A DNA stretch of 64,000 nt, taken from positions 323,061 to 387,060 of the forward strand of contig MU058423.1 of the NCBI GenBank assembly GCA_013265495.1, given 5' to 3'. A model generated the notes under the pieces. That model saw only the letters and a program-made list of their open reading frames with translations. It searched no databases and was not told the DNA's origin. How positions within the stretch are numbered: the stretch's first letter is position 1; every line of letters begins with the position of its first letter. A program made the position numbers and the translations under genes. This document shows, piece by piece, positions 12,813 through 25,200 of the stretch. Source of the stretch: Vicugna vicugna. Taxonomy: Eukaryota.

Positions 12813-13848
12813 CTGGAGAGAAAGGTAGAAGCATGTTTTAGGAAAGAGGCCCCTGTATGTCACCAGCCCACACAACCTCCAACTCTGAAACCTGTTTCCC
12901 TTTTCTTCCCAGGGCAACCTCTGCACCTCCTTTATTCAAGGTACCCTTCCCTTCCAAGAGCATTCCCCAGAGTATCTGACCTCTTCCCCCAGCCCTCACA
13001 GCTCTCTATCCACTTCTTTGTATGTCTGACCTCTTTGGCTGACCTGTACTTCTTCCTTCCAAACTCCCTGGTTCCATCCATTGAAGAGTTTCACAGTGAA
13101 TCATTCCCTCCCACTGAGTGCCAACCCTGGCTTAGCGAAGCCTGCCTTGGTCCACATTCCAGGCCTTTTCAGGCCCACTCTGCTGGACAGTTCCCCTGCA
13201 GTGGAGACCCCATCCCAGGGGTCATCCTATTTGGAGAGACATGAGAGACATGCTACTTTCCCCAGCCTGCTTTCTTTCCTCTCTGCTCTTGGGGATTGAT
13301 GAATCATCGCTCTTGTCCTTCTGACACCTCCAGATTCTCATCTCATCCCCTTTCTCCTAGTTTACTGTTTAGCTCTGCTTAGCTTTTTTGCTGAGCCTGG
13401 TCCAAGCCGCTGACTCTCCAAATGTTTACGTATCACCTTTCTGTTTATCCCTTGCTCCCATTACTATAGTGTTGGGATTGTTGGGGTGAGGGCAGCGACG
13501 GTGTTGGTAAGAACAGAGCAGCCATTCCCAGTCCTCAGCCTTACAGTGCATGGAAACCTGCAGGCTAGGGGTTCGGTGGGGGAAGGTAAAGGTAGGAAGA
13601 AAGATGGGGGTACTAGGGAATGCTGTTACTCTGTTCCATCATCCAAGACCACCGAGATTAGAGGGGCCACTGCCTACATATCTAAGGTACTGAGGGTCTG
13701 TACCCAGCTGTATCCTGGGCTCTGCCCACAATTCTTTCTCTAATTATGAAGTAGTGTGTGGGAGGGGAGAGAAGGGATCATGGCTCCCCACTCACCACCC
13801 CAGGCATTGAAAGGGAAGGAGCTGGGGCAGGGTGGAAGAGGCCCCTAC

Positions 13849-14069
13849 TTCTGAGCATGACTCGGCCGAAGACAGTGTGGTCCCGGTCCAGCGTGGTGCA
13901 GTTCCAGCGGTGGTGGCGGAACTGGTGCTGACACTCTCGGATCCATTCTCGGGCACCCTCACCCACCGAGCGCATGATGTCTGGGTAACGCTGGCACAGC
14001 TGCCGCTGCCGGCTCACCAGACCAGGGATATTGTCACAGATCACTCGGGCCCCCAGTGCCCCGATGTAC
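13849..14069 (-). CDS. WNT2B: WNT2B exon 2 ([18 protein letters not shown]...[13 protein letters not shown]...VMLR)
   Basis: Wnt motif ECQxQFRxxRWNC; acceptor ttgcag|G, donor A|gtaggg; 221 nt; phases consistent with exons 1 and 3. Confidence 0.98.
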
Positions 14070-16404
14070 CTGCAAGGTGGAGATGGCCTTGTCAGAGCAT
14101 CCCGGCTTTTTTTCTGCATTAGGAGGGGAATAAGGAGGGGAGAGTTTGGCATTCAGACCTTGGAGAGGATCCTTCCTCTTCCCCCAGCCCGTATTCCCCA
14201 AGGCCGATGTATAGAAGCAATCCCCACAAGCTCTGAAGAAATAGTTAAGCAGTTGCAGAGAGAGTAATTGAGTGGTATCCCACCATTACCAGTTCCCCAA
14301 CCAAAGGCCAAAGTGACACACCCTCCCAGAACCCAGGCCAGGCATGTGTGTCACATACACAGAAGCTGTGGGCATATCACACAAACCATCGCCTGTTTAT
14401 TTAATAAACATTAAGAGCCTCACGGAAAAATAAACTAACAACACAGGAGTCTGAGACAACACTGTTAGACCCACATGTAAGAGGCACGTCCTGCATGGCT
14501 GGTCCATAAAGATATGGCTGGGGGAAGAAGGATGGAGACAGGGAGGGGCCAGTGGGAAGAGATATACTGGGCAATTTTGAGTAATGTTTACAGCTGTAGT
14601 CAGAACCATGTAGCTAAAAGTCTGTATTTCCCGTCGGGAGGCCTAGAGAACACTCCACCCCAACTCTCCTCCCCATACCCTTTGCTTCCAGGCCCCACGG
14701 CCTTTCTTAACTAATGAGTCTTTCAAAATCATCCTTCCCAGCTTACAGGGCATGATGTCCCGAATGGATGGACAGAGGGCTGTTTGCAGTGGGAAGCCAA
14801 AGGCCAAGATCTAGAGAAACAGAGTAACGCTCCTCCCTATATTCCAGTCCCCAGTCTGCCCAATGTGAACAGTTACACGGAGATCAATAGAGCGGGCTAC
14901 TAAAAGCTAAGTGGGTTGCTCGAGTCATTCTCAGTTTTCTCAAGGCAATATTTTTCCTTCATTTAAATACTTTAAGCCCTGGATTCCACCACAAGCCTCA
15001 GAAAGAACATTTCAGAGAGCAGACAGGAGTGCATCATCCCCCTTTCTCCCCAAAAGGCCACCAAATGAGATCTGACCCATACACCAACTCCACAATCCCC
15101 TTCTCTCTCTCCAACACCCCCAGCGCCTCCCTTGATTTGCTGAGAATTCTCTGTTCTCCTAACACATCAAAGGGACTCCTTCTCTCCCCTCTTCTGAACA
15201 GGTGGGGGCCACGAGGGCAGTTACTGCTCCAGACAGAAAAGATTTGGTTTGGGCTGTGAATGAGCCTGTGGTTTGGGAAAGGCCTCAAAATGGGCCTAGA
15301 AGTGGGTGAGGAGAAGGGAGGGTGGCCAGTGGGGAGAAGGGAAAAGCTGGACTGTCCTGGCTGTATGTCCTCTGTAACCCGTCCCCACCCCCCCACGTTT
15401 GCACACTCGGCCCTCACCCACAGACTGGATCACCGCTGGTGACACCAACTCAAACAAACACAAGGAGGGCTGATGCTTGCCTCTTCTGGAGCTCAGCAGG
15501 GCTGATGGGGCCCATCTGTCCCGGGGGAAGGGGTGAGAGGGCTGGTCCACCACTAACAAATCCCATGGAATCAGCGTCCCCAGCACTGTCCATCAGGGCA
15601 ACAGCTTCCAGGAACAAACAAAATAAACACCCCGGACTGGGCCAGGCCGGAAAGGGCTGCCTGACGCACAGCCGGGAGTTACACCCACTGCCGCGGTGCT
15701 TTGTTTGGAGAATCAAGACAGTTGGAGTTGGAGCCTGTCCCTGTCTCACCACCATTCTGCTTCCCCAGTTCAGCCCAAGTACTGCTCTAGGCAATGGGTG
15801 TTTGTTTTTTTTACTGGGGCTTGGGAAGAGGGGGGGTTGGATGGGAATGGGAGACAGTAATCCAGCCCTCATGAGACAGTCTGGAGTGGGGCAGGCCAAA
15901 CTCTGGTAAAAAGTCCTTCCTGTGGTCTGACTTAACTCTATGCTGCTGCAGCCCACATTGGTCCTTCTTGTTACATCCTCACTGAGCGTGGGAACATTGT
16001 TCAGTATCTAAGACAGGAAGATAATTAAGTTTCTCTACTGTCACCGTTACCCCACTAAGTAGCTGCTTCAAGATTCTGCAAAGCAGGGCACTTGCCTCCC
16101 GACCAGCAGTCAGCCCCTTGTAGTCAGTGTGGGGGCCTGCAGTGAAACAGCCTGAGACCCAGCCCATCCTCCTCTCAATTCAGCAGATGCCTGCAAAATG
16201 CCTGCCATGTGCCAAGCACTGAGCTCAGCCGTTAGGGGCACAAAAATGTTTAAGGCATCTCCCGGCTGATGGGCTGGTAGAAGGGTGAGATGCCTCTGAC
16301 TCTCTAGCTGTGTTTCCCTTCCAGAAGTTTTTACTTCCTTCCCAATTTCCTGCCACACAATGCTCTCTTCACCTGCTTCCTTTGACAGAGCAGCTCATAC
16401 CCTA

Positions 16405-16670
16405 CTCTAGCTCCTTACTACTCAAGGTGTGGTCCCGAGAACCGCAGAATCAGCATCTCCTGGGAATCTGTTAGAAATGCAGAGCCCAAGGCCTCATTCC
16501 AGACCTACTGAGCTTGCATTTTATCAGTATCCCCAGGTGATGTAGGACCTGCGGCTCTACAAAGGCACAGGGTTTTCTCTGTTTTGTTCACTTCAGTATC
16601 CCCAGTACCTAGAACAATGTCTGGCACAACACAGGGACTCAATAACTACTTGATGAATAAATACCTAACC
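16405..16670. mobile_element. MER5A-like fragment followed by an L2 3' end
   Basis: tactcaaggtgtggtccc...cagaatcagcatctcctgggaatctgttagaaatgcag (MER5A-like), then tatccccagtacctagaacaatgtctggcaca...ctcaataa...tgaataaat (L2 tail). Confidence 0.75.
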
Positions 16671-16919
16671 AGTCTGATTTCCCTCCCTTCTCCCCCTAGC
16701 TAGCTATAAACCTCTTTTCAATTATAGCTTTATTCTTTATCAACATTGCTGGCCTATCTGCAGATGTTTTAGGTTTCTCTCTCTTAAATGAGGCCAAGGA
16801 TCCTATTTTTATTTACCCCTTTTCTTTTACAGTCCTTAGTGTATGTACATGGTTTAGCCCAGGCCATATAGGGCTTTGAACACAGGGATAAAACTATGAC
16901 CTTCCCTGAATATCTTAAT

Positions 16920-17380
16920 AACAATATCATTTACATGGCACTTTATAGTTCACAAAACATTTTTCTACACAAAAATCCTATGTGAGAGAGAGAGAGAGAG
17001 ATCTCCATTTCACAGCTGAAGAAACTGATGTTCAGGGAGATTATTAATACCCAGGTCTGTCCATCAAGGCTAGTCACAGGAGAAGTGGGGTGAACCAAGG
17101 ACATCTGATTCCAAAGTCCAAGCTCATTTTCAATTCCAAGCATGACAGAGACACACAGTACTTAACCAGGAGTAGACCACTCTGGTTCCAAAATTGGTGT
17201 GAACTTGAGTTTCTTGCCACTCCCCTCCTATCCCTCACTTTCTTCATGTGTGAAATGGGGATAATAATAGTATCTGCTTCACTGGATTATTTGGGGGACT
17301 GAAGAAGATAATGCTTATAGGTGCTTAGCCATAGTGTCTAGAACTTAGTAAGGGTTCATTAAATGGCAGCTGTTACTGAT
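16920..17380. mobile_element. Two adjacent MIR fragments in opposite orientation
   Basis: ccatttcacagctgaagaaactgatgttcag (antisense MIR) and ttcttcatgtgtgaaatggggataataatagtatct...gtgcttagc (sense MIR). Confidence 0.7.
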
Positions 17381-19479
17381 AACAATAAAGTTAATGTTCC
17401 CCTCTCTGTGCGTCCATGAACACAGTCCTGCTCTTGTGATTCCCTACATCCAACCCCCTGCAGAAAGCAAAATGGAACAGGGAGGCACATGCCAGGAGAT
17501 CCCTATTTCTTGTTCTATTTTTCATAGATTAAGTAGAGAGCATCCATTTCCTTCTGCAGTTAAAGGTCTGGAGAGGGAAGGAGTGGTTGGAGAGTAGGGG
17601 GAAGAGTTATGAGGAAGATCAGACTGTTAGCTGGTGATAGTGATGAGTGGAACACGGACACACAGAGTCAACAGGCATCTCTTCAGGGAGTTGTACAGAA
17701 TATCAACTTTGCTGGGGTTTTTTCCTAAGGGAAAGAGAGGTAATCACCTTGGGGGCCTGACCTGCCTTTAGGGAGCAGCTTTCTTTTTTATCCCAGAAGT
17801 GATGACCACTGAGGCAGGCATCTGGGGCCTGCAGCTATGACCTGTGTGAGGCAAGGAGACTGAAATGACCTCTGTACTCACTGCCCATCCTAGCCCTTCC
17901 ATTTCACAGGGACCGCTGAATCCCTCTGTATCACCCGCCTGCCGCCCTCCATACTAGCTTTTCCACCCAGGAGTTTTTCCAAAATCTTTAATATGAACCA
18001 CATGGGGGGAGAGTAATAGAGGGAGAAGAGAAGATGGAGGGGGAGTAGCCAAGGGGACAAAATGGGGACTGGGAAGAACCCTAGTTGAGTCTTAGGAACC
18101 ACCACCAGGGTGCTGAATTTACCAGTGACACTTCCTCATTTAAACACCAAGTGGAACAAGACTGCCTCCAAAATTGGTAAGAAGCAATCAAGAGTCCCTA
18201 AAAGCAAACTGCCATCTGGGATGGGCAGTGGCACTTTATCTTCTCTCTACAAAGTCACTGAAGACACAAGTCCCCAGCCAAACTGAGCCCGAAAAGGTAA
18301 AGGGTGGCTTTGATCTCACTCTGAATTTTGAAAGGCTTCTCTCCTCATCACTTTCTTCCTTTTCCCTTTCTGAAGGAATGCTTTAAGCCAGATGTAAGAT
18401 ATGGGCCTCCCTGTTCCCCCATCCAGAACCCCCCTCCTTGCCTTCCCCAACACTACAGAGATAAAAAAGATCCAAAGGAGAGATTTTTCTGAAACAGGAA
18501 AACGGGGTAAAAAATGCATCTTGAAATGATAGGAATCTGCAGCCCAAGCTTGCTGGCCCCTCAGCCCTTCCAGCCAAGATTCCAAGTCCTGAGGAGAGAA
18601 GCCACAGGGTGCAAGGGGAGAAGAGACCACACTTTGTGGGGTAGAGGGAGGCTTGGGGGGAGGGGCAGAATAAGGAAAGGAAGCGTGGGACACTGCATGG
18701 GTAGAGAGGGGCAATAGCCCAGTCCAAGAGGCCAGTTTGACTGGGGGGTGAAAAGGAAAGATGAGAAGACGGAGTCATTTCTCAGTTCAACTCTCTCCCT
18801 GCCCAGCCCCTAGAAGGTGGGGGCAGAGAGAGAGCAGCTCTTTCTCCTGGGAGAAAAAGATGAGTGCCATCCAGAGCTTGAGGGTGGGAGATCAGAAGAG
18901 AACAGATATCCAGTGGATTTTTAATGCTTTTTGCCTCATCTGCCGTCTTAGAAGTGTCTGGAGTCTAAAGCCTGCAAGAAATCTTAGGAGAGGATCTCTT
19001 AATGCTTTGGGGCTCCAGAAGCCTCTAGTTCTTGGAGGAGAGAGATGGGAGATGGGACCATCTGGGGCAGAACAGGAAGAAAGGAGGAAGATATCAAGGT
19101 TCGAAGTGAACCTCAAAACAGATTTAAGACAAAATGCCTAAAGTATGCAAACCCAAGTATTTTGTTTGTTTTAATTGTGGGAGTTAATGGAGTAGTTTTT
19201 TGCCTCGATTCCATTTCTAAACCTTGCACTGGGTACTGCTGCCTCACCAAAACCTTCCTGCGTTATCTGGTGGGGGTAGACTAGCGAGAGGCTCGCCCGC
19301 CCTTGGCAGCTGTCCCATTCTCCACCTCTGGGTGGGGGCAACTTTAGGCGATCAGGGTGTCCTTTTGGACGGCCACGGAAGGCCCCAGATGGACGACTGG
19401 TTCCTTGAATCCATCCTGAGAGAAACTCGGATAGTAGTTTTGCCCTAAGAGGACTGAGCTGAAATAGAGTGGGTCTGGG

Positions 19480-21250
19480 AAGCCTCAACGACCGGCCGTC
19501 CTTGCTCCAAATACCCAGCGCTCACATCACCCGATAGGGAAGGAGGGGCGCCCCCTTATCAACTACCCCCATCCCCGCACCCCTCCGCCATCCGGATCGT
19601 CTCTTACTCGGTCAAAGCGACAAACTAGTCTCCTGAGCCGCGCGGATGCCGGGAGCTATATTCCTTTCTGGCGCCTTCGGCCTTTCTAACCCAGCGCCTC
19701 ACCCTCTCATCCCTGAGAGCCGCACTCACCACCAGGACGTGTCTACGCGGGCCGGCAGCGTCAGCAGCAGCAGCAGCAGAAGGCAGGCAAGACTCAAGCG
19801 GGCCGAAGCCCGAGAGCCGTCGAGGGCCGTGGGTCTAGGCGCCGGCGCGGGGACAGGGGCGCGGGCGCGCCGAGAGGGGAGCTGCGCGGCTTCCTCCGCA
19901 CCACTCGGCCTCAGCATAGCTCCCCGAAGACTCCCGCCACGCGGCCCGGAGGGGCGTGGACGGGCACCGGCTGAGGGTACTCAGGCTGCTCCTACTTCAC
20001 CCCTTGCGGGGCCATAGGGTTTGCTGGCGGCTGGGGACCTAGGGGCACCTAGAGTCCAGGAGCCGGGGCGCCAGGTCCCGGAGAGGGGCGCAGGGAGCGA
20101 TGTCCGGAAGCCGACGACGGCGCGCCGAGCTCGGGGTCTGGGGTGCGCTGCCCAGGCTGGGATGCGGTGTCAGGGGGTCGGCGGCGCCGAGTGGGGCTGC
20201 GGACAGAGTGTGCGGACAGCCCCTCCGGCCGCGGGCTCTCATTGGACGGCGCGGGGCGGGGCCGAGGCCGGGGACACGCGCGGCCCTCAGGGCGGCTCCG
20301 CCCGCGCCAGCCCCGGGCGCTCTGCGGCGCCCTAGGTGTGGCGGCAGCCTCCGCCCCTCGGCGCCCCAAGCACCGCGCCGCGCCCCCACCTGCTCGCTAG
20401 GGACGCGACAGGGTGCAGCAGCGCCCTTCAGAGCTCGAAGCGCCCGGTCCCTGCCGACGCCGCGCCACCGGGTCCTAGAGCCCTTCATTCGGTAACCCCA
20501 GCCGTCGTGGGTGAAGGTCAGGAGTGCCGAGTGAGGGGGTAAACAGACACTTTACCCTGTCATCTAACCTACAGTGACACTGGAGCAAGCCACAAAGGAT
20601 GCAGCCACCTCTTCGGGTCCTCTCTTCGTTCTTGCACTTCTGTGAAATGGGTAGAATCTCTGCCACGGGGAGTTGCAGGAGAATCTTTTAATTCCTTTTT
20701 CAACGCTGCCAACAGGGGCGCCACGGGCAGCAGACTTCAGGTAGGGGCTTCTCACATCTGACATCGCTGCCCCGGGTTCCTCCGACCCGCTGCTCACCGC
20801 ACCCCCCCGCCCCCTACACATAACTTTTAGACGTGGCTCCCACCCGCCTGCCTGGACCCGACGCTTCCCTCCCGTGTTCGGAACGGGAATCGATGGCCGA
20901 AGCGGAGGGGCACACCTGCGGACCCAGCGCGGACTCCCCTCCCTTCCCCGCGCGGGCTCGGCTGAGCTTACTCTCTCCCGGCTTCCCCGTTGCCTCGGTC
21001 CCCCACCCCTTCGGGCGGGGCTGCGAGTACGAAAGAATCAGAAACAGCTGGGCAGCCTTCCCGAACCAGAGGCCAGGGTGGGGGTCCTGCTGAGAGAGTG
21101 GAAGCCCCGGAGCCATTTCTCTCCTTCGCCTTTCCACCCATCCTCCTCTCCACTGCCCACCCCCACCGCCGGGGGTGGGGGAGGCGTGGTAAAATGGGAA
21201 GAGGTGGAGAGGTGCTTGCTGTGGAAACTGACTTTCCTCTTCCGTCCGCA
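19480..21250. promoter_or_regulatory. CpG island / WNT2B promoter and first exon
   Basis: Very GC- and CpG-dense and spans the ATG. CCAAT box on - at 20241-20245 and GC box GGGGCGGGGC at 20253-20262; no obvious TATA. Confidence 0.9.
19730..19917 (-). CDS. WNT2B: WNT2B exon 1 coding part ([14 protein letters not shown]...[20 protein letters not shown]), extended N-terminus with hydrophobic signal segment
   Basis: ATG at 19917, donor TG|gtgagt at 19729; 188 nt. The five exons sum to 1182 nt = 393 aa + stop. Confidence 0.97.
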
Positions 21251-21702
21251 CTTCCCAGGCTGGCAGGTAGAACTTCTGGAGGCGGGGTGGCCCTTAACTG
21301 AGACGTAAAAATTCTTTTTAAAACCCCGAGTCTTCCAACTTAAAGAGTCCGCCAGGGGTCTGGCTCCAACCCCTTCTCTAGCCTCAGTTTCTCCTGCCTA
21401 GCCCCTCATTCCCAGGTGTCTTTCGTGCCTCTCCCCATGATTTATCTAAACTATAAAGCCCTGGTGTAAACAACGCGCTGGAAACTGCCCACCCCCTTCA
21501 ACCCCAAACTCACTGTCAGTTCTTGGTTGGGGGGTGGGGGGTCGGTGTTAGACTCCGGAGTGTGAGCGGACAGGGCGCAGCTGGCTGCAGAGAGGCTGCA
21601 GACATCCCAGAGGCAGATATGAAGGAGAAGGGCTCAGAGAGACCTTTATCCCCTCCCCATCTCTTACTCCTTTACCTCACTTTCTGTGGCAGGGAGCAGA
21701 GT

Positions 21703-22130
21703 GAATTCATTAATTCAACAAATATTTAGTTCCTATCATGTGCCAGACTGTGCTAGGCACTGAGGACACATCAATGAACAAAGCAAAATGAATGATTTGT
21801 GCCATCACAAAGTTTACCTTCTATTGGGAGAAGATAGACAATAAACAGTAAACGTCATAAGTAAAACATAGTATGTTAGAAAGTGGTAAGTACAGTGGGA
21901 AGCAACAGAGTTGTAACTAGGCTGATTGGGGTAGATCTCATTAAGGTGGACATTCAAGCAAAGACTTGAAGAAGGTGAGGGGATAAGCCAGGCAGATTCT
22001 TGGTGAAGAGCATCCCGAGCAGAGGGAACAGCCAGCAGAGACTCTAAGTTGGGAGTGGGCTGATGTGCAGAAGCTAGCTAGCGGGGCCAGCCAGCTGGAG
22101 CAGACTGAGTTAGGGAGCAGAAGAGTTCAG
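21703..22130 (-). mobile_element. L2 LINE 3' fragment
   Basis: attcattaattcaacaaatatttag...atgtgccagactgtgctaggcactgagga...agacttgaagaaggtgaggg...agagggaacagc. Confidence 0.8.
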
Positions 22131-24749
22131 ATACCTAACAGGAGTGGTCCAAGTCATGCAGGGGAGAAGGTGACCTGGAGTCCAATGGGAGTGAGTGAGG
22201 GTTGAATACAGAGACCAAGCAGGGTCAACATGCTGGCCATATCCCTCCCTGCCAACCTGACCCTTCCCATCCCCTTCTCCTGTCTCAGACTGGGAAGCTC
22301 CAGTCAACCCTACTGTTTGCTCCAAAAGAGGCAGATCTAGACTGAGCTTCCCTGAGAGGGGCAGGTGAGAGAGGAGCAGGCCCAGGCTCATTCCCTGACA
22401 GGCCCCTTTCCTTGGACCACTCTTTCTCCTCCGCCTAGCCCAGTCCCACCCTGATGCCGGGCAGCAGTCCGCAAGCTCTGCAAGCTCTGGCAGCCTCTCC
22501 CAGACTCCCCACGTGTGTAGGCCTGGGTGTGACTCTGGCCCTGTGTTCATTTCTACATATGGGCCTGAGGTCGCAGGGTGGGAAGCTAGAGATGATCACA
22601 TCAGCCCCAACCTTGGGTGGACTCGCCCACATGGGCCCCAAACTCACTAACGAGGCCCCTTCTTTGGCTTCAGCTGTCTTCATAGTCAAGTGGGACCGTG
22701 TCTTGGCACAACATAGATGCTCAACTATTAAAGCATGTTGCTGAGCTGAGGGGCCCTCCAGAACCATCAGCAGCTCCAAGAGGGAAGGCAGTGGGTGAGG
22801 GGGCAAGACCTCTCCCCAGTGCTGTCAGGCTACCTCTGCCCAAAAGTGGACAACCCAGGATGGGGTTTTGCTTCGTCTTCCCCTCCCCTCTGAGCCTCCC
22901 CGCTCCCCAGGAGGAATCCCGGGCTGCAGGAGCCAGCTGACTGCAAGAGCTGCACTCAACCACTTAACTAGAGAACAAATACAGAGCCAGAGAAGAGGTT
23001 TTCTGGGATCTGCCACTTTGGACTTCAAATCTCAAAATAAACTTCCAGTCTCAAGGTCCTAGACTCTACTGGAGAGCTCAGCTCCTCACGCAAGTGCCTG
23101 TTGTGGGGCTTCCAGGCAGAGGGTCAAGGCCAGAGCTCAGGCTAGCGCCTGACCTGCTCCTCCCTCCCATCCCTCACTCCTGTCCACCATACTTGGAGGC
23201 GGGCAGGGAGAAGTCACTGACTGGGGAGTCAAGTTCTGGTCTGGAGGGCCCTGCCTAGAGTCAGGTTGGCACTTACAGAGGATCTGCTATCCGCCTGGCA
23301 CTGGCCAGGGCATCCTAAATAACACAGAAGGAGAGAAAGGGACTTACCCCCAAGGCATTTGCATGCAAATACAGTAAAACCACCTGAGGGCTGGCAGACA
23401 GAAGAGGCCTGAGGAAGAATCCCAGAGCCCCCCGCCCCCCCCCACCAAGGCCTCTAGATTCTCTGGGGCGCCAGCAGAGCTAGGCCTCCCTTCTTCCTCA
23501 AGATGGCACCACAGCCTCCTGCCCTCTCAAAAGTCGGTGCCCCAAGGAAAAGGGTCCCCCTCACCCCTGGGTCTCACTTCATGTTCTGCTCCCACATGGG
23601 GCCACTCAGAGCTAAAATCTATCTTTTTTTCACTCCATTCTAAGCTGTGTGTGGCTGAATGATTTTGAATTTTTCCTGGCCCTTGGAAGTGAGTGGAGAT
23701 GAGCTAAGGGGAGCTGGGGTGTGAGTAAACAGCTCTTACTCCACCCGGGTCTACCCCCTTTGGAGGCCCCCCCTTCCCTGGGCCCCTTTGGCGATGACCT
23801 TCTCTCTTTCCCGGTGGGTGGGAGGTGGTGTGGATGGTAACGAGCGGAGAGAAGGGAGAAAGGCCGAGAAGGGGCTGGGGGGAGGTTTGGATAGGAGTCA
23901 AGGAATTCCTGAGCCTGCTGCTTGCACAAGGGGCCCTGAGACGCCTTTCCTGAGAGTTCTTTGCAAACCAAGGCAAGTCTCATTTGAAATGGGGCCAGGT
24001 TCACCTAGGCCTCTAGTGCCCCCTGCCCCGTCTCTTCCTCCGCAGCCACACCAGGCAGGTGTCTAGGGAAGAGTAGGGAGCATGGGAAGAACCCAGGGAC
24101 TTTTAAGGGGGGTGGGGTGGAGATCTATGCTTTGTACACAGCCTGACTGGCCTCTCCTTGGTATTTATGAGCTCCCAGGCGAGGCATGGAACGTGTCTCA
24201 AAGAGGCCAGGCCAAGAGGGCTTTGGAGGGAAGGAGCATCCAGCCCCTAACCAGGGAAGGGGACTCAGTGGGGCAGGGCTAGTGGCAGAAACCCTCTTCC
24301 TCTCAGCCAGTGGCTAAATTGGGTGGAGGGTAGACTGCTCCCCAAGGGGTCCTGAAGAAAGGAAAAGAGGGAGCTAAGGGAGAAGGGGAAAGAGGAGGGC
24401 TGGGGAGGCGGGACCACGGGGGCGGGGCATGGGGGTCTGGAGCCTTTTAGCACTTTGGCTGTAATCAGACTGGAGCCAGGCGGTGGGCGGGCTGACAGCC
24501 ATCCTGGGCGGGTGGCCCAGGTTCTGTGTGAGGCCAGTGGGTGTGCTGCTGGGATCCTGGGTGGTCACTGACCAGCCTAACCCCAAGGGAGGGTGGTCCC
24601 ACTTTGCCCCCAGCCCCCCTCTCACAATCTGCCTATATCAGATAGGCTAAGCACTGAGCGCTCTCTCCCCACCACCTGTTCAGGGCCCCAGAACAATCTG
24701 GAAGTGAGATTTGCTTCCACTGGACAACAATCTGCAGAGCCCACTGTCT

Positions 24750-25200
24750 GCCTCCCTCCTACTCTGCCTTCCTCGGTTCACTCTGCCTCTCACTCTTCCC
24801 GTGTCTCTTTCCTGTGTCTCCGTCTCTCTGAGTCTGTCTCTGGCTCTTATTTCCGCTCCTCTCTCGTGTGTCTGTCTCTCTGTCTTCATTTATCTCTCTG
24901 TGTGTCTATATCTGCCAGGTTTTCCTCCTCCGGCGGAACCTCTGTCTCCCTATCATTCTGTCACGCCTCGTCTCTTGATGTGTATCTCTCTTTCTCTCCA
25001 TCTTTTCCTTTTGTGAATCTGTATGACTTTCTTTCTCATTCTTCTTTTACTCTCCTCATCTCTCTCTCTCCATGTCTTTTTTGATTCTCTTTGTCCCTGT
25101 GTGTCTGTGTCCCTCTCTAATCACCTCCATGTGTATCTTTGTTACTCTGTGTCTGTCTCTCTCTTGCCCTGTCTTACACCTTCTCCTGCACTCTCTCCAA
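24750..25200. repeat. Degenerate (TC/TG)-rich polypyrimidine low-complexity tract
   Basis: ~450 bp dominated by ctct/tgtc/tctg motifs with few A on the + strand. Confidence 0.85.

Noticed and set aside
15322..15956. Overlapping 195-aa (+) and 168-aa (-) ORFs in WNT2B intron 1
   Set aside because: No domain similarity or splice/promoter context; consistent with random ORFs in GC-rich intron.
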